Shown piece by piece: positions 9,987 through 17,804 of a DNA stretch of 32,000 bases; position 1 is the stretch's first letter; each line of letters begins with the position of its first letter. A program made the translations under genes and the position numbers. The notes beneath the pieces are model-generated. The model had not been told where the DNA came from. It saw only the letters and a program-made list of their open reading frames with translations, and made no database searches. Source of the stretch: Fastidiosibacter lacustris (GTDB lineage: Bacteria > Pseudomonadota > Gammaproteobacteria > Francisellales > Francisellaceae); contig NZ_QLIR01000005.1 of NCBI RefSeq assembly GCF_003428155.1, positions 30,001-62,000 on the forward strand. Reading direction: 5' to 3'.

Positions 9987-10223
9987 TTATTTGTTTTGTG
10001 CTTCAATATAGTTATAAACATCTTGCACAGTTTTGATTTTTTCTGCTTCCTCATCAGGAATTTCAGTATCAAACTCTTCTTCTAAAGCCATCACTAATTC
10101 AACAGTGTCAAGAGAATCCGCGCCTAGATCGTCAATAAAAGAGGCTTCTGCTTTTACATCCTCAGGTTTTACACCTAGCTGTTCAACGATAATAGCGTTT
10201 ACTTTTTCTTGAATATCGCTCAT
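9987..10223 (-). CDS. acpP: Acyl carrier protein
   Basis: The 78-aa sequence is near-identical in its core to E. coli AcpP ([31 protein letters not shown]), with the phosphopantetheine Ser in DSLD. Confidence 0.95.
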   Translation of the reverse strand: MSDIQEKVNAIIVEQLGVKPEDVKAEASFIDDLGADSLDTVELVMALEEEFDTEIPDEEAEKIKTVQDVYNYIEAQNK

Positions 10224-10305
10224 TTTATTTCCTTAGTTTTTTATTTTTGCTTAATAAAATTATTAACTGTCTTGAAGTTCTGGCATGTGCCACAATCGAG
10301 TAGAC

Positions 10306-10333
10306 ATTGTAGAGAAATGTGCCTTATTTGCAA
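10306..10333 (-). promoter_or_regulatory. Putative sigma70 promoter of acpP
   Basis: On the minus strand the sequence reads TTGCAA (10333-10328), a 16-nt spacer, then TACAAT (10311-10306). AAGGAA lies upstream of the acpP ATG. Confidence 0.4.
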
Positions 10334-10364
10334 TAAGCTTACAACAAAATTCTGCACATAAGGA

Positions 10365-11444
10365 TTAAATTCTTATATGTAGTTGACTTTTTTGGTGTTG
10401 CCATTCATATGCTAGCAGTGGGTTCCACATTGCACCTGTGGCACTCATTGCAATATCAGCGCCTATTTGTAAATAATCATCTATATCAGTTAAACTGACG
10501 ATTCCACCGACACTGCACAGCACAAAATCAAACTTATTTTGCTTGCGTATTTTATGAATACGTTTTGTCATTTCAAGAGCAAGGTTTTTAATAACACTGC
10601 CACAGATCCCACTATTTAAGCGTCCTTCACCTGGTAAGGCTTGTGAGCCATCTTTGTTACGCGCTTGCATTGAGATGGTATTAATTGCAGAAACTCCATC
10701 AATAAAAGGCGCATTGGCTTTTAATATTTCTAATACTTGGTACTCGTTGGCAATATAGCCCATTTTAATCATAAGAGGGATATCTTTAATTGCTTTTTTA
10801 ACAGCTTTAGAGATGGCACCTGACAGTACTGGATCTTGATAAATACTACCTTCTTTAGAAACAACATTCGGGCAAGAGTAGTTAAGCTCAATTGCTTTGG
10901 CGCCTGCTTCAACAGCTTTCTGTGCACAAAAGACAAAGTCATCAATAAAGTTTCTATTTTCACTGGGGGTGCCAACACATGAAACAATCATCAGTTGGTC
11001 ATCTGCCATAAATCTGTTGGCCTTTTCGATATCGGCTTGCCAGATTTCAATTGATTTACTTGGAATACCAAAAGAATTTGTAATCGCAATTTCTTGTGTA
11101 GTTTGAGGTTCATGATCAAATGGATAGATGCTGTTACCAATATCATCAACGGTTAGTTGTCTATTACTTTTGACCATAAGACAGTTTGGTGCTAAATGCG
11201 CTTTACGCTCAACCGTGCGTACAGTCTTATAAACTGGTAAGTCAAAACCAAGTGCTGCATAAAGTTTAATATATGATGAGTTTAGTAAGGGACCTGCTGG
11301 TACGCCAATTGGGGAGTTGATCTCATATCCCCAGAGCTTGATAGGCTTAAGTTTAACTCTCTTTGGGATTTCAAAATCGCACATGGGACCATTTTGATAA
11401 TTTTCATCATAAGACTTGTGAATATTGTAAGTCGGGTGAAGCAT
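10365..11444 (-). CDS. Class-1 dihydroorotate dehydrogenase / dihydropyrimidine dehydrogenase-like FMN oxidoreductase
   Basis: Motifs present are NSFGIPS, IELNYSCPNV (the Cys-containing loop of class 1A DHOD/DPD), SGICG and VGGI..D..DYLQIGADIAMSATG. The start was moved to Met32 (11444) because the upstream 31 codons look like non-coding read-through. Confidence 0.55.
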   Translation of the reverse strand: MLHPTYNIHKSYDENYQNGPMCDFEIPKRVKLKPIKLWGYEINSPIGVPAGPLLNSSYIKLYAALGFDLPVYKTVRTVERKAHLAPNCLMVKSNRQLTVDDIGNSIYPFDHEPQTTQEIAITNSFGIPSKSIEIWQADIEKANRFMADDQLMIVSCVGTPSENRNFIDDFVFCAQKAVEAGAKAIELNYSCPNVVSKEGSIYQDPVLSGAISKAVKKAIKDIPLMIKMGYIANEYQVLEILKANAPFIDGVSAINTISMQARNKDGSQALPGEGRLNSGICGSVIKNLALEMTKRIHKIRKQNKFDFVLCSVGGIVSLTDIDDYLQIGADIAMSATGAMWNPLLAYEWQHQKSQLHIRI

Positions 11445-11674
11445 ACTACTAGATACCTTAACTAGATTTACCTTATGGTAGAGAATGTTATAGAAAAAAG
11501 GAAGTGTGTAGTCAAAAAATAACAAGTAGTAATGCAAAAATAAATTGAATCAATCGCTTTAGCTCATACCTTAAAATTTGAAATCTAAGTTACAATATTG
11601 ACCTTTTATATTCATTTTGAGAAGATGCCACATCCATTTTTTACGGTTGATAATTTATAAGTACGGTAGGATTG

Positions 11675-12298
11675 ATGAAAAAAAGCATACAGTGTTGCTT
11701 ATTGATAATTTTGTTTTTTATGTCCAATGGACTGACGATAGCAGCTGGAACTAGGCATTCAAATAGTGTATCGGCAACAGTCCTTGAGTCAGAGGGAGTG
11801 GGTTCAAAAAACACTGCTAACGTTGAGCAAAACAATACAAATAGTGATGATCAAAGTGACAGCAAATCGCAACAAGGTACATCATTTTGGGAGTTCCTAA
11901 AAGGTGCTCAACCAAGTAATGGCATTTATTTGGGTATGTTTACCTGGCACTTTAACCCTGCAAGTCGATCTGATGATCGCTGGTCAAATAACTTAATTGG
12001 GGGGGTGTACAATAGTATTTTTATGGGAACACTTTTGAATTCATTTAATGATCGCGCATTTGTTATTGGTGTACAACGTAATATTTATACTGACCAGCTA
12101 TCGCAGAACAATCAGATTAACATTGGCTATCGTTTAGGACTAATATCTGGTTATGATGAACGGATGTCTGACTTTGCAAAATATTTGCCTGTTTTACCTA
12201 TTCCTGAGCTTTATATCGATTATACGTATAAAAATTTTGGAGCCGAATTTTCTTATATTGGTGTGGTTTTTACGGTAAAGTTTGTTATTCGTTTTTGA
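11675..12298 (+). CDS. PagP/CrcA-like outer membrane beta-barrel protein
   Basis: The ORF has a signal peptide, a TWH motif aligning with E. coli PagP AITWH(33), and YLPVLPIPELYIDY resembling YIPLPVLLPLASVGY. It ends in aromatic ..VKFVIRF. The assignment rests on recollection of PagP. Confidence 0.45.
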   Translation: MKKSIQCCLLIILFFMSNGLTIAAGTRHSNSVSATVLESEGVGSKNTANVEQNNTNSDDQSDSKSQQGTSFWEFLKGAQPSNGIYLGMFTWHFNPASRSDDRWSNNLIGGVYNSIFMGTLLNSFNDRAFVIGVQRNIYTDQLSQNNQINIGYRLGLISGYDERMSDFAKYLPVLPIPELYIDYTYKNFGAEFSYIGVVFTVKFVIRF

Positions 12299-12301
12299 GA
12301 T

Positions 12302-13084
12302 TTAAATTGGCAATGGTATGCGTTCTTGATCGCATTCGCGTAAATCAAACAAATTACTATCATATAGGTGGCTAGGTACGATATTATTCAATGCACTAAA
12401 TAGATTTTGCGGAACCTTTGGGTTTTGTTTGGCAAGCTCATGGATTAGGTGCTTAACTTGCTTACGTTTTAGGTTTTCTTGGCTGCCACATAAGTTACAA
12501 GGAACAATTGGAAAATCTTGTTCTTTAGCAAAACGTGCAATGTCATTTTCTTGACAGTAAACCATTGGTCGAATAACAACATTTTGTTTATCTTCTGTGA
12601 GAAGTTTAGGTGGCATGGATTTTATTTTGCCTTGATAGAGCATCGACATTAAAACTGATTCAATGACGTCGTCACGGTGATGACCTAATATGATTTTATC
12701 GATTTTATTTTCGCGTGCAAATCGATAGATGTTGCCGCGACGCAAGCGTGAGCATAATGAGCAATAGGTTTTATTTTCAGGTACCTTATTAATTACAACT
12801 GAATAAGTGTCACGTTTTTCAATCACATATTTAATGTTATGCTTTTCAAGATAATTACGCATTTTACTATCGTCCCATCCAGGTTGACTTTGATCTAAAG
12901 TATAAGCAAGAAGGTGGACGTCATAAATGCCACGTTGAACAAGATCATGCATGATTTTAACAAGGCTAAAGGAGTCTTTACCACCAGATAAGCAAATCAT
13001 CACCTTGTCATCTTGTTTTAGCATTTTGTAATCAGCAATCGCTTTAGTAATGTAAAAATGAAGTTTTTTCTCAACGGCAGTCAT
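12302..13084 (-). CDS. ttcA: tRNA 2-thiocytidine(32) synthetase
   Basis: The PP-loop SGGKDS and the Cys motifs CSLCSRLRRG and CNLCGSQ are present, at a typical length of 260 aa. Confidence 0.85.
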   Translation of the reverse strand: MTAVEKKLHFYITKAIADYKMLKQDDKVMICLSGGKDSFSLVKIMHDLVQRGIYDVHLLAYTLDQSQPGWDDSKMRNYLEKHNIKYVIEKRDTYSVVINKVPENKTYCSLCSRLRRGNIYRFARENKIDKIILGHHRDDVIESVLMSMLYQGKIKSMPPKLLTEDKQNVVIRPMVYCQENDIARFAKEQDFPIVPCNLCGSQENLKRKQVKHLIHELAKQNPKVPQNLFSALNNIVPSHLYDSNLFDLRECDQERIPLPI

Positions 13085-13089
13085 GATGG

Positions 13090-13572
13090 CTAGATACTCT
13101 TTTTAAATAATCGTTCTTTTTCACGTTTCCAATCATGCTCTCTTGATGCTTGGCGTTTGTCGTGCAGTTGTTTCCCCTTGGCAATCGCGATTTCCAGTTT
13201 AACGCGTGATCCTTGCCAATACATACAAAGAGGTACTACGGTATAGCCTTTTTGGTCTACCTTGCCTAGTAGCTTATTGATTTCTCGGCGATGTAGCAAA
13301 AGTTTGCGAGTACCACTTGGGGCAGGCACCACATGGGTTGAAGCTGAATTAAGGGGTGTAATCAGTGCATTAAAAAGCCAAGCTTCATTATTTTTAACAT
13401 GAATGTGGCTATCAATCAATTGCACGCGCCCTGCACGAATGCTTTTGACTTCCCAGCCTTGAAGAACGATACCTGCTTCAAAGCGTTCTTCGATGATATA
13501 ATCATGAAAAGCTTTTTTATTCTTGGCAATGACGTTGTCAGTTGCTGTTGATTTTGATTTTGTTTTTGCCAT
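13090..13572 (-). CDS. smpB: SsrA-binding protein
   Basis: [31 protein letters not shown] and full-length collinearity at 160 aa match SmpB. Confidence 0.95.
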   Translation of the reverse strand: MAKTKSKSTATDNVIAKNKKAFHDYIIEERFEAGIVLQGWEVKSIRAGRVQLIDSHIHVKNNEAWLFNALITPLNSASTHVVPAPSGTRKLLLHRREINKLLGKVDQKGYTVVPLCMYWQGSRVKLEIAIAKGKQLHDKRQASREHDWKREKERLFKKSI

Positions 13573-13646
13573 TGTTTTGCAAATTTGTGGGTAAGCGTTA
13601 CAATAGCCGAGATTTTAACATGAACTCATGACATAAGAGAAATAAT

Positions 13647-14084
13647 ATGCCAATAATTCATCGCACGGCATTAGTTGAATATAGCGCAAAAGAGATGTAT
13701 GATCTTGTTAACGATATTGATCGTTATCCTGAATTTGTACCAATGTGCCAATCAGTTGAAGTGCATAAACATACTGAAAATGAAGCTGAAGCGACACTTA
13801 AAATTGCTAAGGGTGGGGTGAAAATAGATTTTGGCACACATAACGATATGATCAAAAATCAAGAGATAAAAATTCGTTTAATCAAGGGTCCTTTTAAGCG
13901 TTTATTGGGTGTGTGGCACTTCACTTCGTTAAATGAGAAGGCATGTAAAGTGACTTTAAACCTTGAATTTGAATTTTCTTCTAAGGTGTTTGCTTTAGCT
14001 TTAGGTGTTGTGTTTAATACTTTAGCAAATACAATGTTAGATGCCTTTTGTAAAAGGGCAAAAGTTGTTTATGGAGATGATTGA
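13647..14084 (+). CDS. ratA: SRPBCC/RatA (YfjG, Coq10-like) family protein
   Basis: The 145-aa ORF carries YPEFVP..C and is divergent from smpB and followed by rnfH, as in enterics. Confidence 0.8.
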   Translation: MPIIHRTALVEYSAKEMYDLVNDIDRYPEFVPMCQSVEVHKHTENEAEATLKIAKGGVKIDFGTHNDMIKNQEIKIRLIKGPFKRLLGVWHFTSLNEKACKVTLNLEFEFSSKVFALALGVVFNTLANTMLDAFCKRAKVVYGDD

Positions 14085-14386
14085 TGAAAGTTGAACTTGT
14101 TTATGCAACAAAAACGATACAAAAGCGATATACGCTTGAGTTGACTGAGGGTACAACAGTAGAAGATGCCATTGAACAAACTCGCGTATTAAAGGATTTT
14201 CCAGAAATTGATTTAAAAACACAACCAGTGGGAATTTTCTCAGAAATTATTGAGTTGGGGCATAGGTTAAAAGAAGGTGATAGAGTTGAAATCTATCGTA
14301 CATTAACCATTGATCCAAAAGAAGCACGTAGAATTCGTGCCGAAGAAAAACGCAAAAAAGAGGGATTAAAGTTGTTTGGGGCATAA
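14084..14386 (+). CDS. rnfH: RnfH family ubiquitin-like protein (UPF0125)
   Basis: VELVYA...TV.DAI..S and the basic C-terminal tail (RR..A...KK) match the family. The ATG overlaps the ratA stop (TGATG). Confidence 0.8.
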   Translation: MKVELVYATKTIQKRYTLELTEGTTVEDAIEQTRVLKDFPEIDLKTQPVGIFSEIIELGHRLKEGDRVEIYRTLTIDPKEARRIRAEEKRKKEGLKLFGA

Positions 14387-14529
14387 AAAATAAGGTTGAT
14401 TTATTATGTATGTAACACAAAAGAAGAAATAAAATAAGAAAATTTAGTATTTACTCCTAAATTAACATAATGTCTTTAATTTTATAATTACTTCCTATAT
14501 AAAAAATACTTTCATGTAGGGAGATCGAT

Positions 14530-14931
14530 ATGTCAAGTAATAAAGATGATTTAAAATTTCTGTTGACTAAACGTCTAAATGATTATGATGCAATTGTTAT
14601 CGCAGAAGATGACAGCACTTACATGTATGGAATTGTTGATATAGTTCAACAAGTTAATGTGGAGTTGATGTTACCAATTTATATTGCTAAAACAACAAGC
14701 CAGCTAGCTATGTTAAAAAATCAATTAGATGGGTGTGGTTTAAGAGCTATTTACATTCTAGATAATAAATATACAATTGAGGCAGCTGAACCTACAGGGC
14801 AAGAACTCATTGCGCTGTGGCATATAGAAAGTGATAGTATTCTAATAACTTCAAGTTATAGGGAGATATTAAAGGGTAAACCAGCATACCCTGTTTTTGA
14901 TAAAATAAATCCAACTTTTGATTTTTGTTAG
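14530..14931 (+). CDS. Hypothetical protein with a possible degenerate receiver (CheY-like) fold
   Basis: AGGGAG lies 6 nt upstream of the ATG. The pattern AIVIAEDD ... IYILD ... ILITSS ... K resembles the beta1 acidic pair, the beta3 Asp and the beta4 Ser/Thr of REC domains, but the spacing after beta4 is short. The region is low in GC. Confidence 0.4.
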   Translation: MSSNKDDLKFLLTKRLNDYDAIVIAEDDSTYMYGIVDIVQQVNVELMLPIYIAKTTSQLAMLKNQLDGCGLRAIYILDNKYTIEAAEPTGQELIALWHIESDSILITSSYREILKGKPAYPVFDKINPTFDFC

Positions 14932-15794
14932 TTAAACTTGTGCTTTACTTTGTGTTTTGCTTTAGGGATATAGTTAAAAAAAAATCCCACAAGGTCTTGC
15001 CATCCATGTTCTCTTACAATTACGTTAGCGTCTTTTCTTGTGCTAATATTGTTTTTGCTTTTAATTTCTGAAATATGGTAATCAACAGATTTTATAGTAA
15101 CGTTCATCATTTCAGCCATTTGTTGGCGATTGCAACCGTTTGCATATAATAGAAGATAGACAAATTCTTTTGCTGTAAGGCTTAATTTATGTCGCTCAGC
15201 TTGCAGTTCTTTATGATATTTTCTTTCTAGCTTATATGTGGGTGTAATGTAATTAGGAAGTTCGATTTTATGGCTATATGCGTCTAGTATAATTTTCTCT
15301 GCCGCAGATTGAAAATATGATGCAAATTTTAATAATTCATCCTGATGGTATATATAAAAATGAGAAACTTGATCGAAATTTTTACTACTACATCCAAAAC
15401 AAAACTGGTCAAAATAGCCGTTTCCTCTTCTCACTAGGTCAAGTTTATTACCAATATCAAATAACTGTGTGGATAGAGTTTCTGACTGAGATATTTCCTT
15501 TTCTAATTTTCTTAGGTAATTAATTCCCAATTTCATGCGACCAGCAATTTTTTCATGCATACGGTTTTGATAAAAGTATAAAATCCATTCTTTTGAAGCA
15601 GATATCGGCGTGGTTTTGTCATCTGAGGTCGTTAAATCAATACAAAACCCATCGTCAAATATTCTGGCATAGGTAAAGTAGGATATTAGGGAACTCTTCC
15701 ATAAAGGTGCACATATTTCACTTAAGGGTTCATGATTAGGCATAGTAAAGTTACGAACTTCTGCTGGTACATTACTGGCTGAATTGGTAAGCAT
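14928..15794 (-). CDS. LuxR/GerE-family HTH transcriptional regulator with an unassigned N-terminal domain
   Basis: The C-terminal LTAKEFVYLLLYANGCNRQQMAEMMNVTIKSVDYHISEIKSK matches the LuxR-type HTH. The start was set at Met8, which is preceded by GGGAGA. The gene overlaps the 3' end of the upstream MFS gene by 23 nt, which suggests an operon. Confidence 0.7.
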   Translation of the reverse strand: MLTNSASNVPAEVRNFTMPNHEPLSEICAPLWKSSLISYFTYARIFDDGFCIDLTTSDDKTTPISASKEWILYFYQNRMHEKIAGRMKLGINYLRKLEKEISQSETLSTQLFDIGNKLDLVRRGNGYFDQFCFGCSSKNFDQVSHFYIYHQDELLKFASYFQSAAEKIILDAYSHKIELPNYITPTYKLERKYHKELQAERHKLSLTAKEFVYLLLYANGCNRQQMAEMMNVTIKSVDYHISEIKSKNNISTRKDANVIVREHGWQDLVGFFFNYIPKAKHKVKHKFN

Positions 15795-17046
15795 AATTGT
15801 TCTCCCAGTTTTCACTGTTAACTTGTGGAACAGAACGAATGATAAAAATTGCTATAACGCTCATAATCAATAAATACAGACTTGGAGCGTAGTATATATT
15901 AAGAGTTGATTGTAAATACGTATTAACCATAGGCGTTGTTCCTCCAAATATTGCAATTGCAATATTTAAACCTAGCCCAATTGTTGATGCTCGTAAGTGA
16001 TTACTACTTTGTTTTGCAACAAGTAAAGCATACTTTGGCAAATACATCGAAAGGAAAAAGCATATAGAGATCATTGAGATAATAATTCCACAAATTGATT
16101 GTGATTGAACAAATTTAAATGCTAAAAAACTTGTTAAACACATTCCCATCAAAGCTGTACCAACTTGATATAAAACATGTAAGTTTTTCGCAATCTTAAT
16201 CATCAACGGCAAGAACAATAGCAATATGATTAAAGAAATAGAAAGTAATGTTAACGATCCTAAAATTGAGAAACCCATTAAGTCTTGCAAAACATTTGGC
16301 AAGTAAAATGTCAATGTATAGAAACAGATGCTTAAGGGTGATTCTATTAGCATAATTCTTAAAACACTTTTCCATTGGTATTTAAGAGCACTAAATACTG
16401 GAAAATTTGTGACTTTATGATTAATTTTAGGTAGTGTTTCTAATGCTATACTACGTATGTAACCAAGATAGATAATTATTGCTACTGATATGGCAAAAGG
16501 TATTCTCCAACCCCAATTTTGAAACATTGATTGAGGCATTATCCACGTGAATAACAGAACGATTAAGCACGCAGTAACCGCTCCAGTGACTGTGCTAATT
16601 TCAGAATAGCTTGTGTATCTGATTTTTTGACCAGATGGTGCAATTTCGTATAATGCGGCTCTTGAAGTTGGCATTTCACCAGCGTATGCCAGCCCTTGAG
16701 TTACTCTGCATACTAATAAAATTAATGGGGCTATCATGCCAATACTATTGTAGGTTGGTAGTATTGCTATAATCGTTGCTGAAATTGCCATTAGTGAAAT
16801 TGTGATTATTAAAACAGGTTTTCGCCCTCTTTTGTCTGCTATATGCCCCCATAAGAACACTCCAAGTGGTCGAATGATATAGCCTACCGCAATTAAGGTA
16901 TATGCCATTAATAAGCTGATAAAATGATTATCATGTGGGAAAAATAGAGGGGCAAAAATAGGTGCCAAAATTCCATACAGCATAAAGTCATAAAATTCTA
17001 GCCCGTTTCCAAGAGCAATAACCAGTGCTTTTTTCTCTATCACCAA
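15772..17046 (-). CDS. MFS transporter, metabolite:H+ symporter (ProP/KgtP-like) family
   Basis: About 12 TM segments are predicted. GNGLEFYDFMLYG and GHIADKRGRKPVL are characteristic of MHS-family MFS proteins. The TTG start follows AGGATGA. Confidence 0.8.
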   Translation of the reverse strand: MVIEKKALVIALGNGLEFYDFMLYGILAPIFAPLFFPHDNHFISLLMAYTLIAVGYIIRPLGVFLWGHIADKRGRKPVLIITISLMAISATIIAILPTYNSIGMIAPLILLVCRVTQGLAYAGEMPTSRAALYEIAPSGQKIRYTSYSEISTVTGAVTACLIVLLFTWIMPQSMFQNWGWRIPFAISVAIIIYLGYIRSIALETLPKINHKVTNFPVFSALKYQWKSVLRIMLIESPLSICFYTLTFYLPNVLQDLMGFSILGSLTLLSISLIILLLFLPLMIKIAKNLHVLYQVGTALMGMCLTSFLAFKFVQSQSICGIIISMISICFFLSMYLPKYALLVAKQSSNHLRASTIGLGLNIAIAIFGGTTPMVNTYLQSTLNIYYAPSLYLLIMSVIAIFIIRSVPQVNSENWENNYAYQFSQ

Positions 17047-17380
17047 ACTTCATCCTTCACTATCACCTTGATAGCATAATTGTCACCCAGAACCATGAAA
17101 ATATGTATTTCATTTCTTGTATTGAAATATATTTAATTTGAAGCGAATGTAACAAGGAATCTAATAATTAAATTTTAATAAGGGAGTGCTGCTCACAAAT
17201 CTTTTTCCAAATATCTTCAACTATGTAATAATTCATCTTGCGATTCTTTTGTTGTTTTTGCAAACAATGTTTCAGCTTAAGGATTGTAAGCTTTCAAATC
17301 ATATTTTGATTAAAACAATTTAAGTTCAAATCATGTAGTGTTGTAGGTTTATAGAACATAGAGTCATTAAGGGATAGAGA

Positions 17381-17803
17381 ATGAATATTTGGAAAACGTC
17401 AGTAACAATCAAACAAATAAATGAGCGTGGTGAAGGTTTATTTTCAGATTTATTAGGCATTCGGTTTACTGAGTTAGGTAATGATTATTTGCTTGCAGAA
17501 ATAACACTTCAGCAGAAACATAAGCAACCACTTGGGATTATGAATGGAGGGGTTTCATGTGCAATTGCTGAAACGGTAGGCAGTACAGCTGCAAATTATG
17601 CAGTGGATTTAACTACGCAATATTGCGTAGGTTTAGACATCAACACTAATCATATTCGACCTGCTACTTCTGGTATATTAACGGCTAAAGCCTATCCACA
17701 TCATATCGGACGCACGACACAGGTTTGGGCAATTGAGATAAAAGATGAGCAAAATCGTTTAATTTCAATCAATCGCTTAACAATGGCTGTTAAGGATCGC
17801 TAA
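17381..17803 (+). CDS. PaaI/YbdB-type hotdog-fold thioesterase
   Basis: The 140-aa ORF carries GIMNGGVSCAIAETVGS, matching the GxxHGG-like motif region of PaaI family thioesterases. Confidence 0.7.
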   Translation: MNIWKTSVTIKQINERGEGLFSDLLGIRFTELGNDYLLAEITLQQKHKQPLGIMNGGVSCAIAETVGSTAANYAVDLTTQYCVGLDINTNHIRPATSGILTAKAYPHHIGRTTQVWAIEIKDEQNRLISINRLTMAVKDR

Positions 17804-17804
17804 T

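Noticed and set aside
11445-11537. 31-codon N-terminal extension of the DHOD-like ORF
   Set aside because: The peptide (MHYYLLFFDYTLPFFYNILY...) looks like a translated AT-rich promoter region. Met32 gives a sensible start.
13573-14529. tmRNA (ssrA) near smpB
   Set aside because: I looked for a tRNA-like acceptor/T-arm and tag-ORF structure in the intergenic regions around smpB-ratA-rnfH. Only short AT-rich spacers are present.
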